A stretch of DNA of 64,000 nucleotides, from the NCBI RefSeq assembly GCF_022539665.2, contig NC_081334.1, positions 2,418,001 through 2,482,000 on the forward strand, written 5' to 3'. This document shows positions 51,901-64,000 of the stretch, in pieces. The stretch's first letter is position 1; every line of letters begins with the position of its first letter. The translations under genes were made by a program, and so were the position numbers. The notes below the pieces were generated by a model, which worked only from the letters and a program-made list of their open reading frames with translations, was not told the DNA's origin and made no database searches. This DNA comes from Daphnia carinata (lineage: Eukaryota).

Positions 51901-52598
51901 CGTTTGGTAAATGGCTTCTGCGTGATCCGAAATTTGTTTGGCGATGGCCTGAATGTCCTGTTCGGCCGAATTCTGCCTCATCAGCTGGTCGTAAAGTTCG
52001 TTTGGATCGACGGCCATTTTGCTGGGCGACGAGACGTCCGACTGTATGAGCGGAGTCTGCGAGCCAGAGCGGTGATGAGTCCGCACCTCGACCGACTTGA
52101 AAGCGGCCAGTTTTGCTGCTTGGATCACGGCCTCTGGTCCGTCTGCCGTGCGCGCTGAAGGCCGTGCGTTGGGGTCGCGAAGCGTCGCACCGATGGCCAC
52201 CAAATCCGGATGCTGCTCTAGAAGATAAGAGGCAGTGGCCGGCTCCAGAGTCGCATGACTGTCCAAGACGATTTCACACGAATGTCGGCCGCTTGCGTTC
52301 GCCCCCCAGTGTCTGTGAACGATGACAGGGATGGCGTAACCAAAGTGGACCGTGCGGCACTGGAAGCCGCGAGATCGTCCCTGATGGATGAGACAGGCGT
52401 TGAGACTGGGGTAGTGGACGTGACGGGACGAGGCCACGTGGACTGAGCAACTTAAGAAGGTGGTGGGGCGGCTGGCCAGCCGTACGCAAGACACTCCGTC
52501 GTAGTCTCCGAGCGTGGCCGCTGAGGGTGGGGTGCTAACTACGCGGCCGTTGACGGCTGCCGTGACAATGATGGGACTGGCCAATTCACCGCATTCTC
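39574..52598 (-). CDS. PPP2R3: PP2A regulatory subunit B'' (PR72/PR130 family, EF-hand); start codon uncertain (upstream exon, or ATG at 52017)
   Basis: [115 protein letters not shown]. Exon 50080-52598 joins exon 42505 in phase 0 (RVQ|VYAK). Confidence 0.93.
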
Positions 52599-55500
52599 CT
52601 GTTATGAAATTTAAAAAAGACAAATATAATCATCTTTTTTTTTTTTTTTATTGATTGGATTAAGTTTTAAAGTGTTTTGTTGGCAGAGCGATATAGTTGA
52701 CTACAGTTTTTCTTATCTTATCACCGTCCAGCAACCACCCCCTTGAGGAGGTGATCAGCTGGTTGGGGCCCCCCGCCGGAATGTTGGCCAGACGAACCGT
52801 ATGGAATTTGAGAAAAGAAACAGAGCTAAAACCAAAAGCGGATTGGACGGAGAAGATTAACATAATCTAAAAATGGAAATAGATGCGGTACTTGATCGGG
52901 AAAAAAAAAACAACTAAAATCACGGGTTAAAGAGATTTTTTTTTTTTTAACGGTACGGAAGCTTACGATTTGCAAAACAGCGGGCCATCATTTTCCCCCT
53001 AAAAAACAAAAAAAATTTGGAGTTTTGAAATTTTGAGAATTGATTTCTTCCGGCTGACGGATGAATAATGATTGCTTGCGAGCCTTGTACGGCAGAACGG
53101 TGCCTTTCAGACTGTTTTTCGGGAGGGGGTTTTGTGCGGATGGTTCTATTTCTGAATCTCCAAGGCAGGCGAAGACGAGCGAAAAAAAAAAGAAAACGTG
53201 GGGAGGAACAGAAAAACCCTCCTCCTTTTTTTTTTTTCAAAAATGAACAGTTCGGGTGCAGCAACGGAACTTTTCTCGGGGGCTCCGGCAGGCTAATTAT
53301 ATGTGAGTGTGTCTTCTCCCGGGCCGAACATAGCGAGACCAGACGTCAGAGAGAGAGGGACGGACCAGATGTGGCCAACTCAAACTGACAGATCAACAAA
53401 CGGAGAAAAAATGTGCCAGGAAATCGGAAAGAGATCCGGGCGCGTCAACGCAGCGCGAGCTTTTGAACGTTGAAAATGACGATCGATGGCGTACACGACA
53501 CACATACACACACACACACACACGAGAGATGAAAAAGTGTGAAAAGAAGAAGACAACAATTGGATAAATCTTTTTTTTTTTTCTTTTTTAAGTAAATTAA
53601 CTTTTTGCGTAGTTCCCAAAAACTGATGGATGGCGTTTATTTTTTTTGTTTTGTCTTCGCCAGAGGAGCGATACGTCTCACAGGGCTGTCAGCTGCACGA
53701 GAACAATTTCGAATCGGACATCAAATTAAAAAATCCCAGTTATTTCTCGCAATTTCTTTCCTCCCTCCTTTTTTTTTTTCTTGGCCAAAAAACCCGTCCC
53801 CAAAAATGACACCTAAACTGATATAAGAAAAAAAAAAAAAAAAAAAGAAACCTTTGCGTGTGCGTGGTAAACACAGAAATAATAACATTCACAAGGTGGA
53901 GCCCCGCACCAACGCCCTTGTTAACCATCCTTATATTTTTGGAGAGGGCTTTCTCTTTTTTGCCGATGTCTTGTCGTCCATTTTCGAAAATCCTATCGTG
54001 AGCACTGGTTCATGAAAACTAGAAGCCACAGACTTAATTCGAGAACTGGCCGTTGTCGATATCATCTTTCCGCAAATCGTGTGTGTGTGTGTGTGTGTGT
54101 GGCTGACTTGACGAGCTGTTAAGACTTTCCACAAAGACCAACTTTCTTGCCCTCGTCTTTTTTGCGGTTTCTCTCCTATCTTCTATCCAAATAACATGTG
54201 TGTGTGTGCCTTCTCTTTTAATCTGCCGGCCAATAGGGAAAAAAATAAAAAATAAAACAAATAAATGAAAAAAAGATGGAACAGACAGTGGACTATGATT
54301 GGAAAGTAGCCCAGATTGAGGTTTTTCTAGATATTCTTTCTACCTGGCAATTTCTTATTAGTGATATTTCGGTGTGTTGGGAGAAGAAGAAGAAGAAAAA
54401 AAAAAAAAAAAAAAGGAGAACCGAGTTTATACGAAAAGGCGTGAACAAGGAGAAACTTGTAAAGGTGAATGAACGTTTCGTGACGTCATTGATTATTCTC
54501 ACAGCTTCGGTTGCTTTCTTCTTCTTCCTCGCCCTTCTTTCTTTTTTAACTTAACATGAAGCTTTTTTTTTTTTTCCCTTCTTTTTATTATTTATACACC
54601 ACACACACACACACACACACACACACACCGCCCATATTGCTACCATGTATAGACTTTAGTCGAGCGGCGGAACCCGCAATGGCGGTTTTTGACGACACGC
54701 ATTTCTCTATTATTTAAATATAGGGTCCGAGCAGGTGCAACGCTATGACGGATGGATGGAAGAGAAATCGCTATTTCATCATTTTTGCGCGTGTTGTTTA
54801 GAGGCAAACGAACGCCAAACGAAAATTGAACGCAGCTGTAAAGCAGCCGCCTACGAAAAAAAAAGCGCATCTGAATACATGTATTTTTTTTTCCCTTCTT
54901 TTCTTGTTTTTGTTTCCGTCCAGCCTGCAGCCAAAATGCTCGGCGGTGAACAGCCTCTCCAAGCACCGCCTCTCCCTCCGTTCAGCCGCTCACGTTTTGA
55001 ACATATAAGGACACGCAGCGCTGCTAACTCTCATCACGGGGCACGGCTCACTAATATTTGTGTAGAGGCACGTCGTCCGACACTGCCGACTGCTGCTTTT
55101 CACGTTTTGTTACACTTCCGCAAAAAGCTCTGGCTTCGTAAGAAACGATCGGCCCAACGAGATTGTTTCGATTTCTGATTGAGTTTCCCAATTTTGACAC
55201 ACAAAGCCCGAAAGCTACTTGTGCAACTTACCGAGGCAAGGTCATCAAGGTGCTCCCTACATTTCTTATTCCATGAAGTTTGCCTTGCCCTCATACGTAC
55301 ACACACGCAGACACACCACACACACACACATCAATCCTCTTTCTTGCTTATTTACTTCGTTTCAACTGGCTTCAAAGATGGAAGAATCACAAAAAACAAA
55401 AAACAGGGAGGCCCTGGAGGGACTCGTCAAGCAGCAGCACCCACGAAACAAAAAAAGACTAACTAGTAGCCTCGCCCTGAGCTCTTCACACGGGGTACAC

Positions 55501-56995
55501 GTACAAGATGTGTCGATAGGCAAAACAAAATAACCAACTAGATGTTAAATTTATCTCAAACGGCTTACCAATGACGGGGATTTACCGGCGATGCGTTTGC
55601 TCGTGGAGTTTTCGAAAACAGACGACACATTGAGCAAAACAACGAGCCGAAGGGTTTGTGCCTCTAGGTGAGACGAGAAATAGAGTTGAATACACGCGAA
55701 ATGCACACACACAAAACACTACACGCACACGCACGACTGAAAAAAACAGCAGGAAGAAAGCTTGATGATTTGTGCGTCCTTACTCCTTGGGATTCCACGG
55801 AACTCTGATGGCGCTCTCTCCAGTATACACCCGGGCCCCCCTCACATCGCACAGTCCTTCTCGTCTTTTTGTCTTGTATTATTTTTAAACCGCCCACAGT
55901 TCCTCCAGGCTTTTTTTTTTTTCTTTCTGTTTTTCAACTTCTCTTCTTTCGTTTTATCATAGTTTTTCTTTTCACACCACCATTCTGCCCAACCTAGGGT
56001 ATACTTGGTGCCTGAACCTGAAAAACACATGATGGCGGCTTTGAATAACAGTTTGTTTCCTCCCACTTTTGTCCTCCATTTCTCGACTGCATGGTTTCGT
56101 ACGACCGGAGGAAATACATTTCAATTTGGGAGCTACATCTTACATGGAAAGAGACCAGTTATTCTACGAAATGTATCGGTTTATCAAGCGGATGCTGATG
56201 AATTCGACCATTTCCTAGTTACAGCAGCGATTCTTAATATCTGGTCGTTTTCTTTCGATTACTTTGTCGGAATGGGTTGCTGCCACCTGTGAGCATTCGG
56301 CAGGGCAGCCAAAAGACGTTCACTGGTCAATCCTTAAATACATTTATCGCTTATCTTAATGATTTACTACAATCGGTAGATCAGTTCTAACATTTTCTAG
56401 GAATATTACCTCAACTCAAAAGTGCAGCCAACCAGCAAAAAGAAGATAATCAGTAACTATTGTAAAGCAGAAATTTAATGAACACTTTGTTAAACGTCAC
56501 TAACTTTTTTTGCCCCCTTCTCCAGTAGGTGATGAAATTCGTTGGTAATTAGTACAGACCGACACTTTCGAGAGATTTTACGATACACAGTAAGTTGTTA
56601 TGCAACTTCAAATAACGCAGGGTTTTGTAGAGCACGAAACACGAGGTAAAAATAACCAGTTCTTCACATCCCGTTTCTTGACCACGTTTCGCAGAAGACA
56701 AAATAGCGCACTTACAGCTGTTCTGCAACGTGGGGGCTTTGAGGCACCAATTATTGCAACCATTGGGCTATGTGTAAATAAGCCTCATTGTATACCTCTT
56801 GTACTAAAAGAACGATTACTTTTCAAAATGAAAACGCATAAAACGGTAATACAATTATTTTGGATGTCTTATTATTTTAAGCCTTCGGCAGGGCACGAAG
56901 GTTTTTAGGACTCAACAACTATCGAATCTTAACGAAATTTCTGTATTAGGGTTGACACGAAAAATTTTATTTCAATAGTTTATGAATAGCTCAGT

Positions 56996-58206
56996 TCAAA
57001 AAAAGAGACCTCGCATTCGGCGACCCATTATGCCTTGGCGATCGCAGAGTATGTTGAATTTGGTGACAAATTGGTGAAGGTCGTGGCAAGCTTTAGTAAT
57101 GGATGCCAAATACGTCTGCAGCAAGACATCATTGTATTGCTGAATTATAAGAAAAAAACAAAAACAAAAAGTAAGTTATAAAACCCAGAAACATAATGGG
57201 AAATTTTTACCTTACAGTGTAATATTCTTCCTGGAAAATTTCCGAATTGAGTACAGGTAGTCTGTGAGTCAGAGATTTGGCTTCCCGCAAAACTTCGTGT
57301 GATTTTGGTACTTCTCCACGTTCCATGGCCCGAATGTATTCCAATATCAATCGTACTCGGTTAGCAAGCATTTTTACTGCGTTGTGCTGAGCTTGCAATT
57401 GCTCCGCCACTGTTTATAAATAGGTAATTAATGTATTGTAGATGTTAAAGAAGCAAGAAACCACCTTGAGAACTTTCAGCAGAATCTCCAGACGCCATCC
57501 TGGCGACATGATCAACTCCAATCCTTTCTGCTTCCTCTGTAGCCAATGTGTAGCTCAGCTCAACAAATAGCATGGTAGCCTCTCCATTGACAAGATCAAT
57601 TACAGACTCGTACATTGTGACAGGAAGGTCAGCATTTCGTGTAAATGGATTGAGCTTCAGAATGACAGGGCTTTCGTTGATTTCACAAATTTGCTTATGG
57701 ACATGTATGTCAGATTCATTTGGAGTATCACCTGTGGTATACCAACCCAGGAAGTCCATATCACTAAACACCTGCTTGACTGAATATTTTCAAATACTTT
57801 TGTGGTAAAATGGACATTCCACTGTGCTTTAAAAAATACTAATATATACATTGTTCCTCTTTAGTGTTGTAGTAGTCTCGGTCAATCACAATGTTGTCAA
57901 TAACAGTGAATACAAGTTCAAATGAATTCATGATTTCCAAACTCCTGCCTTTCTGTTTTCCAATAAGTGCACCAATCACTGTGAATTTTTTGTGGATAAA
58001 ATAATAGAATTTAAACATGTATGATAAACACAAAACACATAGTGAACAAATGTACCTTGCTGTGCTTTGCCTTCTTGTGCTCGTACTCGAGTCCAGTGTT
58101 CCGATATGTTCATGACAACCAAAGGGTGCAGTAATACAGATATACTCCCCGTAGCTCCTGATGAAGCCATCACATTCAGATTCTGGTTGCTTTCTTCGAC
58201 ATCCAT
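56996..58206 (-). CDS. COPS6: COP9 signalosome subunit 6
   Basis: [61 protein letters not shown]-terminal GRRMRGLFF*. Confidence 0.97.
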
Positions 58207-58488
58207 TGTATTTATGATTCTAAAAATGGGAATTCAGATATGTAACACCTGCAAGTCTATAACAGCTAACACAACACTGTTTATGCTCTGTCTGCTGAAG
58301 TCAAGCAGCCGATGTTTGCGGCAAGATCGACTAGCAGACGAATCATCTCAAGCATGTCGTCTAGCAGTTTTGCATAAACCCAAATTTTTTTACAATTCAA
58401 ATCACATTAGGGATATATTGTAAAAACATTATTCAGGACTTGTTTTTTTTACTACATACATCTGCATGTAAAACTAATATAGCTAGAA
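58207..58488. promoter_or_regulatory. Probable bidirectional promoter between COPS6 and TACO1
   Basis: Divergent start codons only ~280 bp apart. Confidence 0.6.
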
Positions 58489-59536
58489 ATGTTTAAAAAG
58501 TCGCATTTAAGTTTTCTTGTCTCGCTATCGAGAAACATGGCAGGGCACAGCAAATGGGCTAATATCAAACATATAAAAGGTGCTAAAGATGCTGAAAGGG
58601 CTAATCTGCATATGAAGCTTTTTCGACAGATGAAGGTTTGTCCCAAATTCATTGTTCCCATTTCCAAAATGTTTATTAACATGCTATTTTGTTTTTTTTT
58701 CATTAAGGCAATCATCAAAGGTTCAACTATTCAATCTTCTTAATTAAACAGGAATTTGTTAACACCCAATTAGTGAAAACAGCAATATTTGTATTACAGA
58801 ACAAGGCTCAGCTGATCCAAAACAAAATGTCAAACTGGCCCACCTTGTAGAGCAAGCACGACAACACAATGTCCCAGTAGAGAAGGTGCAGCAAGTACTG
58901 AAAAGTGCTGCACAGTCACAAGAAGATTTAAAACAATATATTCTGGAAGTCAGAGGTCCCAAGGGAACTTTCTTTGTAATTGAGATTTTGTCTACCAGTT
59001 ATTTAAAAGCAAAACAGGGCATCAATACAATCAACAGGAAGTTCAAGTAAGTAAAGAGAATTGTTTCAGCTATGGCACAAAAAGAGAGGAATTTGATATC
59101 ATTTTTTTTTAAATAGTGGATCCTGGGCCGATGGAGTTTCAAACAATCTGTTCAGTCACAAAGGATTAATAAAGGTGTTACCACTGTCACAAGGCCAAAC
59201 ACTCGAACAAGTTCTTGATGATGCAATAAATGTAGGAGCTGAAGATGTCACAGGTATTGGAAATCAAATCATTTTTCATTATGTGTAACCACTCAGTCTT
59301 TCATCCCAATAGCGGAAGAGGGAAATTTTGTCTTTACATGCAGTCCTAGAGATTTTTTTAATATCAGAAGAGCTATAAACCAACTGGGCTACAATATAAT
59401 CGAATCTGATCTACATTATATCCCATTAAGTAGAGTTCAAATTGAATCAGAGGAAGATATAGCATCAGTGTCAAAGCTGTATAGCAAGTTAGAAGAAGAA
59501 CCTGATGTTGTAAGAATTCATGATAATATTGAATGA
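58489..59536 (+). CDS. TACO1: TACO1 / YebC-family mitochondrial translational activator
   Basis: Basic presequence-like N-terminus followed by [42 protein letters not shown] and V.RIHDNIE*. Confidence 0.92.
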
Positions 59537-60007
59537 ACAAGTGTAGTACAAAATTGTCTTAGATCACGCTTAAGTTTTTTTTTCACAAGTGCACAAAACG
59601 GACGCGTTCATCGAAATTTAATTGCCTTTTGATAACGGAACAAATTCTCAAAAATGTCGGGTATGTAAACGAATCAAATCCTCCGCCAACAGTAAATAAC
59701 TCTTCAACCATCTGACGACATTTGTATCAAGTTTGGGTGTGGTGTTGGACTAGGAAAGTTAAGCCCATTCTAACTCCTATTTGATTCCGCTTTCCATTTC
59801 AGCTAACTATTTCGTTATACCCAGATTGCATTCTAATGCCGGTAAACAGACTATCCTTTAGATCTATAGAAAATGCGAATGATTCAGATAATCTGTCATT
59901 GTATTCCAGTCAGTCAAGATAACTATCCGCGGTATATGGGACATACCCACCATGTAACAGCACTTAACTAGCTGTTTGAAAAACAGATTAAATGACGACA
60001 TGATCAT

Positions 60008-61618
60008 TTAGTCAAAGAGACCAAAACCCATGTCATCATCCTCTTCTTCGGATTCTTCTTTCTTCTCCTCCTTCTTGGGAGCAGCAGCGGCCGCAGCCGG
60101 GGCGGCAGCAGCTGGAGCTGATGCGGCTGCGGCAGCCGCAAACTTGCTAGGATCCTTCAAGAACTCCTTGACAGTCATAGCTTCCTTGAACTCGATATCA
60201 GTTGCAGCAGCAACAGCCAGCAAGTTCTTGAAACCATTGATCAACGAGTGAGGAGCAGATGCCAAAGTTGGGTAACCGATGCGAAGCGAGATGCTAGCGA
60301 CGTTACGAACACCCTAAAAAAGGAAAACTTCGTTAACAAATGTACCAAACTTCCGAATGCTAAGAAACTTCCAAAGAAAATTCAGACTGCCATAACGGCA
60401 CTGTACGTCACTAAAACCCGGCCTTTAGAGGGTTCTCCCATTTCTGGGTCCAAAGGTTGATCCGGGATCGGTTTCAGATTTTACATCACTTAATAAGAAC
60501 AATCCTTTTGGGTTCAATTAATACCTCCATGAAACGTGTACGCAGAGATTCTGGCTTGATGTCCAAGATTTTCGGCTCAAACACAGTTCCAGAATCGTAG
60601 ACTTGTTGAACAACGAGACCGTAAGTGAACGGAGAAATGTTCAACATGTTCAAGAGAGTAGCGGCCGAAGCATCGACACGTTCACCCTCCTTGATCACGT
60701 TAACGGTAGTCTAAAATTTAAAAAAAATCATAGGATTGAGGACCTGTCCAACACACCAACATAACATGATAAGAAAAGAACTCAGTTAAACAATTTTCAA
60801 CACGCCACTCTTTGGCGATTCAGGAGAACGAAAGTTTAAAATTACATCATGGAAAAGTATGTTTCTTGAGAAAATGTTCAAAATACTTACAATAATTTCA
60901 ATTGTACCCTTGGAAATCTTGGTTGGGATGGACAAAGCCTGGAAGAAAGAAGTCTTCTCGGGTCCAAGACCAGTGTTCTGGGGCTCAATGTCAACAGGGC
61001 ATGGAGCCAGTGCACCAGCACGAGCTGGAGCACGAACTCTGTTTTCGGTCAAGCGATCACGGACATCGACTAAATCATTTTTAGTGAAGACGAAACCTAC
61101 ATTGCCCCTGATATGAGGGAGAAGCCTGTAAATCAAGATACAGTTAAAGACAAAGTACTGGACAACCTTAAAAGCTATATAAAAACAAATATCAGACTGC
61201 ATTCTTGCATTTGTAATCTTAACTCTTTGACTTGGAGGGTTCTTCCATTGCTGGATCCAAGTTTGACCAGTGATCATACCTATTTTTCATCACGTAAGAT
61301 CCTAATATGTATCAAATGTCAACTTACTTTTCCAAAGCTGGGTTGTTCTCCAAATGTCCACGAATGGCTTTGCGGATCATGGTGTTTTTTCCCATGAGAA
61401 CGACGGCATGCTCCCTCAATGAGCGACGAATTTGCTGCAATTGCTTGGATCCGACATTGTCTGCTCCCACGATGAAGCACTTGGGGTACTCATCGAGAAG
61501 TTGCTACAAGAACAATTCAGCTGAGAAAACTATTGATCAAAAGAACCACTCCGCTGATACTTACGACGAGTTTCACGAAGTAGTTGGCTTTCCACGAAGT
61601 CTTGTCCTCCCTGCCCAT
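60008..61618 (-). CDS. RPLP0: 60S acidic ribosomal protein P0 (uL10); extra 5' UTR intron at 61662-61864
   Basis: [82 protein letters not shown]. Confidence 0.99.
60378..60494 (-). ncRNA. Intronic box C/D snoRNA, U22 (SNORD22)-like, paralogue A
   Basis: Box C GTGATGT (60489-83), box D CTGA (60385-82), central cctttgga-ccca(gaaa)tggg-AGAACCC-tctaaagg, 3' hairpin tgcc/ggca then GTCTGA. Confidence 0.7.
60778..60855 (-). ncRNA. Intronic box C/D snoRNA, U59/snR54-type guide for 18S rRNA 2'-O-methylation
   Basis: Box C ATGATGT (60850-44), 12-nt aactttcgttct antisense to conserved 18S AGAACGAAAGUU one nt before D' CTGA (60823-20), box D CTGA (60785-82). Confidence 0.85.
61188..61298 (-). ncRNA. 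Intronic box C/D snoRNA, U22 (SNORD22)-like, paralogue B
   Basis: Box C GTGATGA (61293-87), box D CTGA (61195-92), central acttgga-tcca(gcaa)tgga-AGAACCC-tccaagt, 3' hairpin tgca/tgca then GTCTGA. Confidence 0.7.
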
Positions 61619-61889
61619 CTTGATTGTGGGTTACAAGGATATCCTGAAGGTGATTTAAGGACTGCATGACAAAAAAAATTGTTAAAGAATGTCACGCTAG
61701 GTAAACGAAATCTACGTGCAAAGAATATCCCGATTTCTACGGACAATATTTTTCGGTCGTAATCAATAACATATTTAATGCAAAGCAGGTAACACAACAA
61801 CAACAAATATTAGATGTAGGATTGCTTAGATTTTACAGGATGAAATCAAGAACAAAATACTTACCAAGTGATGAACCGGTACTGATACC

Positions 61890-61912
61890 GAACTAGAATG
61901 GAAGTGATGAAG
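61890..61912 (-). promoter_or_regulatory. Pyrimidine-rich TCT/5'TOP-like initiator of RPLP0
   Basis: Minus strand cttcatcacttccattct lies just upstream of the first donor (61864), as is typical of ribosomal protein genes. Confidence 0.45.
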
Positions 61913-62872
61913 TAAACGGCGCTTAGCGGTGTGGCAACGAAGCAAAAAATGAATGGACGTTGCCAGACACTCATTAAGAAATTCCACTTGTCAGAGAAAA
62001 ATAAATTAGAAACCAGAAAATTTATCAAGTTAGTAAATAGCAAACTAAAAGTAAAAATTAATATACATGGAAATAAAAAATTTTAGTTTTCTTTTAAATC
62101 ACCAAAAAGACTATAACGCTACAGACATCTTGAGAAGGTACTACCGACACCAAACAGATAGGCTATAACTTAGAGAGGTTTAATGGACAAATGTGTTTTT
62201 GATGCCTACGGGTTTCATTCCATGCTTACTAAAAAAGAGATACGGATGTTTTAAGCGGTTACTGAAATTGGTATAAAGCATATCGTTTTCTCGTCAGCCA
62301 TGTAGATTGGTATAGCTTAACGATGTACTAGCTATATTAAACTGTTTTGTAAGTGCGTCCTAATGACCGTTCAGCATTCTCGTTGTCATACATCGTTATT
62401 CTGCCTGTCTTGGCAAAAAGATTTACCACAATTTATTTCGAAATATATCCTACTAAACTGGTAACGAATTGACAAACAAAATTGTTCGGGCTAGTACTAG
62501 TAAAAACCGTTAGGTGTCTCTACTTTTCTTGTAAAAAGTACACCTTTTGGCTCGGTTAACATAGCAGGCCTTGTTAGTATACAGTTAATGCGTTGTGTAA
62601 GGTCAACTTGTTCCCCGAAATAAGTTGCCCGAATAACGCGTTAATTTGTGTAAATTATTGTCTAAATGTTACAACTGCTGTGACGCTAACTGCTGGGTGA
62701 TTGTTATCTGGTACTGTTTATACTCCGGGCATTTCAAGGAAGGGTGTGGTGCAGTAGTGGAATCCCCGTTTTTGTTTTCTTCGTTATCCATTATCGAACG
62801 AAAAGATATTGCTGTTCTATTCCATCCTTATCGACTCATAGACAGATCCGTCAAAACAATGGAAGATATGTA

Positions 62873-64000
62873 ATGGGGGTTTGTTTATGTCGGCAGCTCT
62901 CATCCATTGAATTGACAAAAATGGCTGAAGCCCATAATCCAGTAGGCTGCAACTGTGCAACCAAACCTTCTTCATCTTCAGCAATTTGTGCTACTTGCCA
63001 TCCATCACTAAACCAAGTTTCGGAAAATACTGAGACATCTCCAAGTCAAGGAGCTGTCCCACGTGAAAGTGTACCAAGAAGAACTTTTCGTAATCTTTCT
63101 CTAGGATGCAGGAAATCCTCTAAATCTAAAGAAAAAACTGAAAAATCTAGCAAATCCAAGCTTTCATGGACTCTCAGTTGGAGACTGAAGTCTCCAACAT
63201 CTCTTAAAGTAGAAGCAACTGCACCACAGGAGCCCATGATTGATCTTGCAAGATTCAATCCATCTGATTATCCAGTTGAAGGTGTATAATTAGTCCATTG
63301 AAACATATACTTTTATCTGGATAGATGCTAAATTTCACCTTTCAATTAAAAATTCTAGATAAAGATGAAGTGGCCAGGATAGCAAGAGCAAGAGAAATAG
63401 CTGAAGGCATAGAAATGGAAATTGAATCTCTACCATCTTGCTACCGTCTACAGAGTGATGATACTGAAGAGAATGCTGTAGCAAAACCTCAAGCTGAAAT
63501 GCCACCAGCTGAGTCAACTGTTGTAGAACCCCAGTTGGAAAGCAGGGTCACAGTTGCTCCGCAGCCTAACCTGAGTGCTTCACTGATAGAAGGACTAACT
63601 GTATTGCTCCACAGATCCCTTGCGATTAGTATGGATTCTCAACGAGCATGGAATGTTTTGACGCACGGAGATTTACACTTCCTTGTTCAACACTTTCATT
63701 GGCATCAGCATCAACATGGACCTCAAGTAATTACTTAGTTCTTTTGATGTAAGGATTCAGCTTCTTACACTTATTTTTATTAAAGGGTATGTTTACACTA
63801 ACCCCGAGAAATGGAGATACTGCATCTTCAAACATCACTACCGTTGAACTAGAAGTTGATGCACAAGGCACCGAATTTCTGCGCCAAGCTCATACCCAAG
63901 TGGATTATTTGCATTGTTTAGTCCCTGATTTATTAGATATTACCAAGTGCTCTTTTTACTGGGGAAAAATGGATCGTTACGAAGCTGAGCGGTTACTTGA
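62873..64000 (+). CDS. Suppressor of cytokine signalling, SOCS4/5 (SOCS36E-like), 3'-partial
   Basis: [11 protein letters not shown] and [36 protein letters not shown] (start of the SOCS SH2 region) at the window end. Confidence 0.88.

Noticed and set aside
3014..58206. Two inactive MPN-domain genes (EMC8/9 and COPS6) in one window as a functional cluster
   Set aside because: They lie 53 kb apart with unrelated genes between and act in different complexes; likely coincidence.
61662..61864. H/ACA snoRNA in the RPLP0 5' UTR intron
   Set aside because: One short hairpin followed by ACA, but no convincing H box, two-hairpin fold or pseudouridylation pocket. The intron length still justifies a snoGPS/cmscan run.

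Overview
Eukaryotic, gene-dense, AT-rich invertebrate DNA with many 55-90 bp GT-AG introns. It is probably an arthropod and Daphnia-like, but that is inference. Gene order: the 3' end of an unidentified + gene, EMC8/9 (+), NPEPL1 aminopeptidase (+), then a ~13.5 kb head-to-tail tandem duplication (6824-20356 / 20354-33537). Each unit holds a ~9 kb composite of mobile-element pieces and a catalytically dead trypsin-like protease homolog (-) with a PTAPCxNC-repeat mucin tail. The composite contains Helentron-like ends, a GAG..CTC MITE, a TTAA piggyBac-type MITE, a GC-rich minisatellite, two back-to-back tRNA-like sequences, a hairpin cluster and degenerate spliced gene fragments. After the duplication come the Na,K-ATPase beta subunit (+), PP2A B'' regulatory subunit (-, with a 2.5 kb exon), COPS6 (-) head-to-head with TACO1 (+), RPLP0 (-) and a partial SOCS4/5-type gene (+). 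The best-supported unannotated finding is three box C/D snoRNAs in RPLP0 introns: a U59/snR54-type 18S methylation guide and two diverged paralogues with a covarying structure resembling the processing snoRNA U22. The duplication is also mosaic, nearly identical over the TE block but clearly diverged over the protease gene. No prokaryotic system or CRISPR array is present. All calls are by eye, without database searches.
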